Shown piece after piece: positions 19,218 to 27,244 of a stretch of 37,472 bases of DNA (its first letter is position 1; each line of letters opens with the position of its first letter). The DNA comes from Sulfitobacter sp. (lineage in GTDB: Bacteria > Pseudomonadota > Alphaproteobacteria > Rhodobacterales > Rhodobacteraceae), in assembly GCA_024636395.1 (NCBI GenBank), contig JAGXHD010000088.1:1-37472 (forward strand), read 5' to 3'. Both the position numbers and the translations under genes were made by a program. The notes under the pieces are model-generated. The model made no database searches. It saw nothing but the letters and a program-made list of their open reading frames with translations, and was not told the origin of the DNA.

Positions 19218-19239
19218 ACCCAAATCTTGCGCAGGGATG

Positions 19240-19255
19240 GTTAACTTGAGGTTAA
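19240..19255 (-). promoter_or_regulatory. CtrA-type box TTAA-N7-TTAAC
   Basis: The - strand reads TTAA CCTCAAG TTAAC. It overlaps the sbtB stop codon and ends 23 nt upstream of ATG 19217. Confidence 0.45.
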
Positions 19256-19563
19256 AAGCGCTCAGCCCTCAAAACATCGCAGTCCACCACACTCACCACG
19301 CCGATATGCCGCTCGACCACGGCAAAGGCAGCATCGAGCAGTGCATCGAGTCGCTCGGGTTTGATGATGCAAACGACCTGGACCATACCCTGCGCCCGGC
19401 TTACCTGTCCTGCGCGGTCCCACGCCCCTGAGCGCCCAGAGCCGCCCAGCACCGGTAACACCGAGTATCCTGTAACCCCGGCCTTTCGCAATGCATCTGT
19501 AAGGCGCGATTCCATCACGTTTTCGATCGTGATCTCCACCCGCTTGGCTTTATGGGTCTGCAT
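19252..19563 (-). CDS. sbtB: P-II-like signalling protein SbtB
   Basis: This 103-aa protein starts 3 nt downstream of the sbtA stop. It has a P-II-like fold pattern (KRVEITIE...GVTGYSVLPVLGGSGRSG T-loop...VVCIIKPE). Confidence 0.75.
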   Translation of the reverse strand: MQTHKAKRVEITIENVMESRLTDALRKAGVTGYSVLPVLGGSGRSGAWDRAGQVSRAQGMVQVVCIIKPERLDALLDAAFAVVERHIGVVSVVDCDVLRAERF

Positions 19564-19566
19564 CTG

Positions 19567-20550
19567 TCAGCCTCCGGTCACGGCCATGGCGATCCCGACA
19601 TAAAGCGGAATTCCGACGGTCAGGTTAAAGGGGAATGTCACGCCCAGAGAGAGCGTGAGATAAAGCGAAGGGTTCGCCTCTGGCAGGGCCACCCGCATGG
19701 CCGCAGGCACAGCGATGTAGGAGGCGGAGGCCGACAATACCATCATGAGCGCCACCCCGCCGGAGCTGAGCCCCAGCAAAAGGGCCGCGCCAAGGCCAAA
19801 GACGGAGCCGACGAGCGGCATCAGCACACCAAAGGCCAACACGCCTCGCGTTAGCACACCTCCCCCGCCGCGCAGGCCCCGCCCCGCAACAAGACCCATA
19901 TCCAGCAAGAACAGGCACAGGACGCCCTTGAACGGATTGACGATAAAGCTCTCGATCTCCCGAAGACCCTGCTCACCCGTGATCCAGCCGATGGCAAAAG
20001 CGCCGACCAGCAGCACGATGGATCCGTTGAGCATGATCTCCCGCATCAGCGTGCCATCCATTCCTTTGGCACCATCGCCACCGCCACGCGAAATCAACCA
20101 CAGCGCAGAGAGTATCGCTGGTGCTTCCATCGCCGCTGCAACTGCAACCATATAGCCCTCCGACGAGATCCCCCTCCCTTCGAGCACAGAGGTCGCCGCG
20201 ACGAATGTCACGATCGAGATCGAGCCGTAGTGCGCCGCCACTGCGGCCGCATCGAGGCGGCTCATCCCTGTCATCACCTTGAGCAGCCCGAACGCGATGA
20301 TCGGCAACAGCGCCGACAGCGCCACGCCCGCAAGCAACGACAAGCCAAGGCGGGCGTCCAGCCCGTAGGACGCAACACTCGCACCGCCTTTGAAACCGAT
20401 GGCGAAAAGCAGATAGATCGACATGCCCTTCGCCACGGCCTCGGGCACGTTCAGATCGGATCGCGCGAGAGAGGCGAATAAGCCCAAGGCAAAGCTCAGA
20501 ATGATCGGAGACAGCAGGTTTTGCCCTGCAAGGCTCAGGAAATCAGTCAT
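19567..20550 (-). CDS. sbtA: Sodium-dependent bicarbonate transporter family permease (SbtA / DUF897)
   Basis: LLSPIILSFALGLFASLARSDLNVPEAVAKGMSIYLLFAIGFKGG matches the SbtA family N-terminal signature. The protein is 327 aa and polytopic. Confidence 0.8.
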   Translation of the reverse strand: MTDFLSLAGQNLLSPIILSFALGLFASLARSDLNVPEAVAKGMSIYLLFAIGFKGGASVASYGLDARLGLSLLAGVALSALLPIIAFGLLKVMTGMSRLDAAAVAAHYGSISIVTFVAATSVLEGRGISSEGYMVAVAAAMEAPAILSALWLISRGGGDGAKGMDGTLMREIMLNGSIVLLVGAFAIGWITGEQGLREIESFIVNPFKGVLCLFLLDMGLVAGRGLRGGGGVLTRGVLAFGVLMPLVGSVFGLGAALLLGLSSGGVALMMVLSASASYIAVPAAMRVALPEANPSLYLTLSLGVTFPFNLTVGIPLYVGIAMAVTGG

Positions 20551-20551
20551 A

Positions 20552-20567
20552 GTTGGATGATTCCAAC
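20552..20567 (-). promoter_or_regulatory. Perfect 6-bp inverted repeat abutting the sbtA start codon
   Basis: gttgga-tgat-tccaac lies 1 nt upstream of the sbtA ATG (20548-20550, - strand). It contains GATTC at 20559-20563. No separate Shine-Dalgarno sequence is visible. Confidence 0.35.
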
Positions 20568-20607
20568 GACAGTGTGGCGCGGCATAGGCCCATTCGGAGA
20601 GCCCCTA

Positions 20608-21258
20608 CTAGACCGGCTCGAATTTTGTCGTGGCCGGGCTGTAGTACTCGAGCCCACCTTCGCCGATGTCCGTCCACATCCCATGCAAGGTAATGTCGCC
20701 CGATTGCACCTTCTCGGCGAGCCACGGAAAGGTCATCAGATTCTCAAGTGATGTCATGACCGAATGTTTTTCAAGCTGGCGCAGCTGTTCGGCGGGATCT
20801 TCGATGTCTTTGACCAACTCATATTTTGGTCGCAAAATATCCATCCAGCGCCCGACAAAGCTGTCCTTCGCCTCCAGATCCGGCGCGTTTCCGGCGCACA
20901 TGTTCAAGCAGCCCTGCACACCACCGCAATTCGAGTGGCCCAGCACGATGAGATGCGTCACCCCCAAAACCTGTACGGCATATTCTACCGCTGCCGAGGT
21001 CCCGTGCTGCGCGCCGTCCGGTTTAAACGCAGGGACGAGATTGGCAACATTTCGGTGAATAAAGAACTCACCCTGGTCTGCGCCAAAGATCGAGGTCACA
21101 TGCACTCGGCTGTCGCAGCACGATATGACCATCGCACGAGGGTGCTGTCCGTCGCTGGCAAGCCTGCGATACCACGCGCTGTTCTCGGCAAAAGTCGTTG
21201 CTTTCCAGCCGTGATAGCGCTGCACCAAATAGCCCGGAAGGGGTTTTGCCTCTTTCAT
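20608..21258 (-). CDS. Beta-class carbonic anhydrase
   Basis: The zinc-ligand motifs CCDSRV and GHSNCGG are present. Length is 216 aa. Confidence 0.9.
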   Translation of the reverse strand: MKEAKPLPGYLVQRYHGWKATTFAENSAWYRRLASDGQHPRAMVISCCDSRVHVTSIFGADQGEFFIHRNVANLVPAFKPDGAQHGTSAAVEYAVQVLGVTHLIVLGHSNCGGVQGCLNMCAGNAPDLEAKDSFVGRWMDILRPKYELVKDIEDPAEQLRQLEKHSVMTSLENLMTFPWLAEKVQSGDITLHGMWTDIGEGGLEYYSPATTKFEPV

Positions 21259-21404
21259 GGAACGAGGTTCTCCAAAATCATTCGGTCCCAGTTAGCCTGA
21301 ATTGTCACCGAATTCGAGAGAAAACACCCGAGCACAGCAACCATTTGAAAACCCCTGTTCCCCATAAGCATCTCCAGCCGTGGGGGCATCAAAAGGGGTG
21401 AGAG

Positions 21405-21785
21405 ATGGACAACGTCGTGAATATCCGTTTGTCGGAGCATATTCAGCTGGATCAGGTGAGGCTGGGCACACTCTATGCACAACTTGGCGAAAGCGGGGCG
21501 GAGAATGTCGTCTGCCGAGCGATGGAAGAACTGGCAGTGCGCATGGCGCAGTGCGATGCCCTCTGGCGCGCCAATAATCTGGTACACCTGCGCAAGAATG
21601 CCCGCTCCTTGATCGCCATCGCCGATCAGATCGGGATGCACCGGCTCGCCAAGGTCGCTGGGGATGTGACAATCTGCATCGATACCGCAGATGCCGTGGC
21701 CATTGCCGCCACCCTGTCGCGGATGCTGCGGACTGGCGAGTGCTCGCTCTCCGCAATCTGGTCCATGGAGGATCTGAGCATCTGA
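21405..21785 (+). CDS. Hypothetical helical protein (weak Hpt-like resemblance)
   Basis: This 126-aa ORF has a good RBS (aaaggggtgagag before the ATG). Its composition looks all-helical. H61-x-x-K64 (VHLRKNARSLIAIADQIG) only loosely resembles the Hpt HxxKG motif. Confidence 0.5.
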   Translation: MDNVVNIRLSEHIQLDQVRLGTLYAQLGESGAENVVCRAMEELAVRMAQCDALWRANNLVHLRKNARSLIAIADQIGMHRLAKVAGDVTICIDTADAVAIAATLSRMLRTGECSLSAIWSMEDLSI

Positions 21786-21853
21786 GCGCGCTTGCAGCGG
21801 GGGCTGGATCGGATAGGTTCGGGACTGATTTTCCTTGAGAGGCCCTGAACCCG

Positions 21854-23236
21854 ATGTCCTTACGTTTTGCCGATGACGCGCCTGACGCGGTTGACCTTCA
21901 TATCGTATCGCAAGACGCCGCGGAGGCGTGGCTCGACGATCTGCCCCCGGCCACGGCGGATTGGGCGCGGGCAAGTGGGTTTAACGGTGGTATCGGTCAG
22001 GCCTTCTCCCTGCCCGCAACGGACAAAATGCCAGCACTTGCAGCGATCGGCTACGGCAGTCCGGCCACACGCAAACGCGGGCGCTTCGCGCTGGCCGCGG
22101 CAGCCGTCAAGTTACCTGCGGGCTCTTACCGGATCGCGGACGGCATCCCCGATGATCAGATCGAGGCAGAAGCGCTTGGCTGGCTGCTGAGCGGCTACCG
22201 TTTCGACCGCTACAAAAAGATCACACCGATGACGGCGCATCTGATCGCCCCTGAAGGGATCGATGCCGCGCGCATCGAAGCCATCGCAAACGGCGAGGCT
22301 CTGACGCGGACTTTGATCAACATCCCCGCTTCAGATATGGGCCCGCCCGATCTGGAACAGGCGGCCCGCGATTTGGCGGAGGCGCACGGCGCTCGGATCG
22401 AGGTGACGGTGGGGGAGGATCTGCTCACCGCCAATCTGCCGATGATCCATGCCGTCGGGCGCGCCGCCGACCGCGCACCGCGTTTGATCGACATGCGCTG
22501 GGGCGACACCGGCCCGACGCTTACGCTTGTGGGCAAGGGCGTATGCTTTGACACCGGCGGGCTCAACATCAAACCTGCCGCCTCCATGGGCCTGATGAAA
22601 AAGGATATGGGTGGGGCTGCTGCCGTGCTGGGGCTGGCCCATATGATCATGGCTTTGGGCATGCAGATACAATTGCGAGTTCTGATCCCGGCGGTTGAGA
22701 ATTCAATTTCGGGCAATGCATTCCGGCCGCAGGATATCCTGACCTCGCGCAAGGGGCTGACTGTCGAGATCAACAACACGGACGCCGAAGGACGGCTGGT
22801 GCTGGCCGATGCCCTTGCGCTGGCGGATGAGGAGACGCCAGACCAGATCATCTCCATGGCGACCCTGACGGGCGCCGCGCGCGTGGCGGTCGGCCCCGAT
22901 CTCGCGCCATACTTCAGCGACAACGCAGGCTTTGTCGCAGCCCTGGAAGCGTCAGCGGCGAAAGTGGCCGATCCGGTCTGGCGCCTGCCCTTCCATGATC
23001 CCTACGAGCAGATGATCGAACCGGCGGTGGCTGATCTGGATAATGCACCCTCCGGCGGATTTGCAGGATGCATCACGGCAGCTCTTTTCCTGCGGCGATT
23101 CGTGACAGGTAGCAACTATGCGCACTTCGACATATACGGCTGGCAACCCGTTGCCGCCCCCGCGCGCGCAAAGGGGGGCGTGGGCCAAGGCACCCGCGCA
23201 TTGCTAGACGCACTCGACAGGATTTTGACCAAATGA
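21854..23236 (+). CDS. M17 family leucyl aminopeptidase
   Basis: The NTDAEGRLVLADAL signature, VGKGVCFDTGG and MKKDMGGAAAV are present. Length is 460 aa. Confidence 0.9.
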   Translation: MSLRFADDAPDAVDLHIVSQDAAEAWLDDLPPATADWARASGFNGGIGQAFSLPATDKMPALAAIGYGSPATRKRGRFALAAAAVKLPAGSYRIADGIPDDQIEAEALGWLLSGYRFDRYKKITPMTAHLIAPEGIDAARIEAIANGEALTRTLINIPASDMGPPDLEQAARDLAEAHGARIEVTVGEDLLTANLPMIHAVGRAADRAPRLIDMRWGDTGPTLTLVGKGVCFDTGGLNIKPAASMGLMKKDMGGAAAVLGLAHMIMALGMQIQLRVLIPAVENSISGNAFRPQDILTSRKGLTVEINNTDAEGRLVLADALALADEETPDQIISMATLTGAARVAVGPDLAPYFSDNAGFVAALEASAAKVADPVWRLPFHDPYEQMIEPAVADLDNAPSGGFAGCITAALFLRRFVTGSNYAHFDIYGWQPVAAPARAKGGVGQGTRALLDALDRILTK

Positions 23237-24015
23237 CCCACCCCCGACTGACCCCCGACCCCGACTTTTCAGGCCTCACTGAGGCCGCGCAGATCGGACG
23301 CGGGGTGGTGAACCTGCTGCGCAAACCCAATGGCGCGCGCGACCGGCAGTTGCTGCTGGGCGCGGATGTCACGATCCTGTGGCGCGAGGAGGGCTGGGCC
23401 TATGTGCAGGCCGCAGCGGACGGTTATTGCGGCTTCGTGGGCGTCGCCTCACTGGCCAAACCGCAGGCCTCGACCCACAAGGTCAGCGCGCCGGGCAGCC
23501 ACGGCTACCAAAACGCCAACATGAAATCCATCGACCGCTGCGCGCTAAGCCACGGAAGCCTGCTGGCCGCCCTCGACGAAGAGGATGGGTTCATTCGCAC
23601 CTCGCACGGCTTCGTCCCCAGACAGCACATTACAGTGCTTGACGATTACGCGGATGATCCGGCGGACATCGCCTCACTCTATGCCGGCACCCCCTATCTT
23701 TGGGGCGGCAACAGCCGGTGGGGTATTGATTGCTCAGGTCTGGTGCAGGCGGCCTGTACGGCCTGCGATATCCCCTGTGGCGCCGACAGCGACATTCAGG
23801 AGGAGAGCCTCGGCACCCTGCTGGAAGACGGCTCGACACCGCAGCGCAACGATCTGCTGTTCTGGAAGGGGCATGTGGCGCTGGTGTGGGACGAAGACAC
23901 ACTGATCCACGCGAATGCCCACGCCATGGCCGTCGTGTTCGAGCCGATCGAGGACGCCATTGCACGCATCGCGAAAACAGATGGTCCGGTGACGGCGCAC
24001 CGCAGGCTGGCCTAG
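23233..24015 (+). CDS. NlpC/P60 (C40) family peptidase with an N-terminal SH3-like region
   Basis: GTPYLWGGNSRWGIDCSGLVQ (catalytic Cys) and GHVALVW (His) are present. There is an ATGA overlap with the aminopeptidase stop. Confidence 0.85.
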   Translation: MTHPRLTPDPDFSGLTEAAQIGRGVVNLLRKPNGARDRQLLLGADVTILWREEGWAYVQAAADGYCGFVGVASLAKPQASTHKVSAPGSHGYQNANMKSIDRCALSHGSLLAALDEEDGFIRTSHGFVPRQHITVLDDYADDPADIASLYAGTPYLWGGNSRWGIDCSGLVQAACTACDIPCGADSDIQEESLGTLLEDGSTPQRNDLLFWKGHVALVWDEDTLIHANAHAMAVVFEPIEDAIARIAKTDGPVTAHRRLA

Positions 24016-24371
24016 TCCACCGCGCGGATCAGTTTACGCTCCAGCACCCGGAGGACCGATTTGAGATCATGGCCGCGTTTCAGGACCTGCCCACCCACTC
24101 CGACCACGGCGTACATGCCCTGCTTTGCCCGCAGCTTGGGGCGTTTTTCGATCCGATAGAGCGGCATTTCGGCCGTGCGGCGGAACACCGAAAATACCGC
24201 GACCTCGCGCAGGCAAGAGATGCCGTAATCGCGCCATTCCCCTGCCGCGACCATACGCCCATAAAGCGAAAGGATGACCGACAGCTCGGTGCGATGAAAG
24301 GCGATCTGCTCCACCGCACGGCTGTCACCTGTACCCTGTGGGCTATTCGTCGGGATGTGGGGTATATTCAT
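24012..24371 (-). CDS. DUF2794 domain-containing protein
   Basis: FHRTELSVILSLYGRMVAAGEWRDYGI....VAVFSVFRRTAEMPLYRIEKRPKL matches the DUF2794 family as I recall it. I chose the start at ATG 24371. The ORF is open to 24434. Confidence 0.65.
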   Translation of the reverse strand: MNIPHIPTNSPQGTGDSRAVEQIAFHRTELSVILSLYGRMVAAGEWRDYGISCLREVAVFSVFRRTAEMPLYRIEKRPKLRAKQGMYAVVGVGGQVLKRGHDLKSVLRVLERKLIRAVD

Positions 24372-24415
24372 GCTCTTAAGAGTTGCCCTGTGCGCGGCGC
24401 AAATCAAGCCCCCAG

Positions 24416-24432
24416 GATCAAATTGCTTGATC
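24416..24432. promoter_or_regulatory. Palindrome GATCAA-N5-TTGATC in the divergent DUF2794/paaI promoter region
   Basis: The 6-bp arms at 24416-24421 and 24427-24432 are perfect. The element lies 55 bp upstream of the paaI ATG. Confidence 0.3.
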
Positions 24433-24486
24433 ATGTTACAAATACGGATAAGGTCTAAAAATTATGAAACGTATTCGAGCGCAGTC

Positions 24487-24927
24487 ATGACACCACAAGC
24501 ACGAGCGGAGAAAGTGGCGGAGACCATGCTAGCGAACGATGTCGCAACCCGCAGTCTGGGGATCGAAATCGTGCACATAGCACCAGGTGCCGCGACCCTG
24601 AGCATGCGCGTGGGCGACCAGATGCTCAACGGTCACAGCATCTGCCACGGTGGCTATATCTTCACTCTCGCCGACAGTGCCTTCGCTTTTGCCTGTAACA
24701 GCTACAATCGCATCACGCTCGCGCAGCAAAACCAGATCACCTACATGGCACCCGGGCAGGCGGGCGAATTGCTGACTGCAACTGCAACGCAGACGGCACT
24801 ATCGGGTCGGTCTGGCGTATATGATGTGATGGTCACCGGCGGTGACGGGCGCATGATCGCCACGATGCGCGGCCTGTCCCGCACCATCCGGGGGCAGGTG
24901 TTCCCCGAAGAGGGAGACACCGCATGA
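24487..24927 (+). CDS. paaI: Hydroxyphenylacetyl-CoA thioesterase PaaI
   Basis: Hotdog-fold motif NGHSICHGGYIFTLADSAFAFACNS, 146 aa, with an ATGA overlap onto paaK. Confidence 0.85.
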   Translation: MTPQARAEKVAETMLANDVATRSLGIEIVHIAPGAATLSMRVGDQMLNGHSICHGGYIFTLADSAFAFACNSYNRITLAQQNQITYMAPGQAGELLTATATQTALSGRSGVYDVMVTGGDGRMIATMRGLSRTIRGQVFPEEGDTA

Positions 24928-26234
24928 AAGATCTGACACCCGACCGCAGCACGCTCGACCCGATCGAAATCGCAAGCCGAGACGAAATTAGCGCGCTGCA
25001 ACTGAAGCGGCTGAAATGGTCGCTGCGCCATGCCTACGATAACGTGGCGTTTTACAAAACCGGCTTTGATGCAGCAGGTGTGCATCCCGATGATCTGCAC
25101 AGCCTGAGCGATCTGGCGAAATTTCCCTTTACCGTCAAAACCGATCTGCGGGATAACTACCCCTTTGGCATGTTTGCCGTGCCGCAGGACCGCGTAAAGC
25201 GGATCCATGCCTCGTCGGGCACCACAGGCCAGCCGACTGTAGTGGGCTATACCGAAAGTGATCTGGCGAACTGGGGCAATGTCGTCGCCCGCTCCTTGCG
25301 CGCGGCGGGGATGTGTCCAGGTGATATGCTACACAACGCTTACGGCTACGGTCTGTTCACCGGGGGCTTAGGCATCCACTTGGGCGCCGATGCGCTGGGG
25401 CTCAGTACGGTGCCGATCTCCGGCGGCATGACCCCGCGACAGGTCCGACTGATCGAGGATTTCAGGCCCAAGGGCATCACCGTCACGCCCTCCTATGCGC
25501 TTTCCATTCTGGACGAGTTTAATGCACAAGGACTGGATCCGCGGGACTGCTCGCTTCAGGTGGGCATCTTCGGAGCCGAGCCTTGGACCAACGCCATGCG
25601 GCTGGAAATCGAGCAGGCCTTCGACATGCACGCCGTCGATATCTACGGTCTATCGGAGGTCATGGGGCCGGGTGTTTCGATGGAATGTGTGGAAAGCAAA
25701 GATGGCTTGCACATATGGGAGGATCACTTCTATCCGGAAATCATCAACCCCGAGACAGGTGACGTTGTGGCGGAGGGAGAGCGGGGCGAGCTGGTTTTCA
25801 CTTCACTGACCAAGGAAGCATTTCCGATCATCCGCTACCGAACACGCGATCTGACGCGCCTGCTGGCGGGCACCGCGCGGAGCATGCGGCGGATGGAGAA
25901 GGTCACGGGGCGCAGCGACGATATGATCATCCTGCGCGGGGTGAACGTTTTCCCAACTCAGATCGAAGAGCTGATTTTGCAGCAGCCCGCCCTCGCCCCG
26001 CACTTCCAGATCGAGTTGTCGCGCCCCGGTCGTATGGACCAGATGCGCATCCTGACCGAGGTTTCGGATGCAGGTGTTCTGGAGACGAGCCGCGCGGATG
26101 CTAAAGCGCAGCTTTCATCGGCGATCAAGCAGTCTGTCGGTATCAGCGCACATGTCGATGTCGGCGATATCGGCGCCGTACCGCGCTCGGAGGGGAAGGC
26201 CGTCCGCATCATCGACAAACGGCCAAAGCCCTAA
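24924..26234 (+). CDS. paaK: Phenylacetate-CoA ligase
   Basis: This 436-aa protein has AFYKTGFDAAGVHPDDL.SL.DLAKFPFT.K.DLRDNYPFG and SSGTTGQPTVVGYT (AMP-binding motif), both typical of PaaK. Confidence 0.92.
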   Translation: MKDLTPDRSTLDPIEIASRDEISALQLKRLKWSLRHAYDNVAFYKTGFDAAGVHPDDLHSLSDLAKFPFTVKTDLRDNYPFGMFAVPQDRVKRIHASSGTTGQPTVVGYTESDLANWGNVVARSLRAAGMCPGDMLHNAYGYGLFTGGLGIHLGADALGLSTVPISGGMTPRQVRLIEDFRPKGITVTPSYALSILDEFNAQGLDPRDCSLQVGIFGAEPWTNAMRLEIEQAFDMHAVDIYGLSEVMGPGVSMECVESKDGLHIWEDHFYPEIINPETGDVVAEGERGELVFTSLTKEAFPIIRYRTRDLTRLLAGTARSMRRMEKVTGRSDDMIILRGVNVFPTQIEELILQQPALAPHFQIELSRPGRMDQMRILTEVSDAGVLETSRADAKAQLSSAIKQSVGISAHVDVGDIGAVPRSEGKAVRIIDKRPKP

Positions 26235-26503
26235 CCGCAGGTGACGGCAATGACATTGTCGATCCCGTCCAGCTGCACGTTGAGCCGCGCGGGATTGAAG
26301 TCTGTCGTGACGACATCGTTCGGGCCGTAGAGCCGCTTGGGCTCCGGCAGTGCCAAGGCCGCTGCGGCATCGCGGCCGATCAGGTCCTGATATGCGGCGG
26401 CGTTGCAGGTATCGGACGCTGGTGCAGCCGCACTGCGCTGTGCAGGCCCCGTCGCCGCGCCGCATCCCGCCAGCAGCAGCCCCGCCAAAATCATGTATCT
26501 CAT
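26231..26503 (-). CDS. Peptidase inhibitor I78 family lipoprotein
   Basis: A lipobox (MRYMILAGLLLAGCG) is followed by C.AAAYQDLIG....LP....YGPNDVVTTDFNPARLNVQLD....I..VTCG, the I78 pattern. The ATG overlaps the TetR stop (ATGA). Confidence 0.7.
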   Translation of the reverse strand: MRYMILAGLLLAGCGAATGPAQRSAAAPASDTCNAAAYQDLIGRDAAAALALPEPKRLYGPNDVVTTDFNPARLNVQLDGIDNVIAVTCG

Positions 26504-27120
26504 GTGCCGTACCTCGCTAAAAAAGTATCTACCGCCTGATCCACCACCCGGTCGATCTCCACCCGCGTGACCTCCTTGATAACGCCAAACATCAGGCGCA
26601 TCCACAGCCCTGCCTTACACAATTCGCCAAACTGGTCGGCGGCCATGAGATGATCTTCGATCACCAATTCGCCTCGCGCGCAGGCCTGTGCGAAATAGGC
26701 AGCTATTTCCACCCGCATCAGCCCCGGACCAGAGTCGTAGAAGCGGCGGCCAAGCTCGGGGAAGCGGTCAGATTCCGTCACGCAGATTCGGAAGATCTGC
26801 TGGCCAAATTTGCTCGAGATAAACCCGACAAAATGGCGGCCGGTCTGTCCCAACACGTCGCGCGGCGGCGCCGAGCGGTCAATCTTTGCCAATGCTTCGG
26901 CCGCCTGCCGCTGGCACTCGCTGTTGGCAACTTCCATGAACAACATCTTCTTGTCGGGAAAGTATTTGTAGAGAGTCGCCTTGGACACCTCCGCCACGCG
27001 CGCGATCTCGTCCACGCTGGCACCCTCAAACCCGTCCGCCATGAATACCTGCTGCGCCCCGGCCAGTACCTGCGCATATTTGCGCCCGCGGTGGATCGCA
27101 TTATTGGTCGGGTGGATCAT
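26500..27120 (-). CDS. TetR/AcrR family transcriptional regulator
   Basis: The N-terminal HTH is FEGASVDEIARVAEVSKATLYKYFPDK. I chose the start at ATG 27120 (MIHPTNN). Confidence 0.85.
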   Translation of the reverse strand: MIHPTNNAIHRGRKYAQVLAGAQQVFMADGFEGASVDEIARVAEVSKATLYKYFPDKKMLFMEVANSECQRQAAEALAKIDRSAPPRDVLGQTGRHFVGFISSKFGQQIFRICVTESDRFPELGRRFYDSGPGLMRVEIAAYFAQACARGELVIEDHLMAADQFGELCKAGLWMRLMFGVIKEVTRVEIDRVVDQAVDTFLARYGT

Positions 27121-27153
27121 TGCGGCTCCTGCGGCACAGGGGTCCAGCATATA

Positions 27154-27170
27154 AACTGAACCTTTCAGTT
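27154..27170. promoter_or_regulatory. Candidate TetR operator AACTGAA-CCT-TTCAGTT
   Basis: A perfect 7-bp inverted repeat with a 3-bp spacer lies in the 124-bp divergent region between tetR (27120) and the AEC transporter (27245). Confidence 0.5.
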
Positions 27171-27244
27171 CCAAGGGCCTATCCGCCTGCATCGCCGGAG
27201 TTTTTGACTAGCGCGCGTCAGGCTGCCAAGCTATCTGTGGCGCC

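Noticed and set aside
21299-21315. GAATT-N7-AATTC inverted repeat in the can/21405 divergent region
   Set aside because: The arms are only 5 bp and AT-rich, within an AT-richer intergenic stretch. This is too weak to distinguish from chance.
21255-21974. A 239-aa - strand ORF spanning the can promoter, the 21405 gene and the aminopeptidase start
   Set aside because: The composition is not protein-like (P/R/G/Q-rich). It would run through an intergenic region and two better-supported + strand genes.
24464-24490. An 8-codon uORF (MKRIRAQS) whose stop overlaps the paaI ATG
   Set aside because: It is too short, has no RBS, and has no attenuator-like structure that I could see. It is probably fortuitous.
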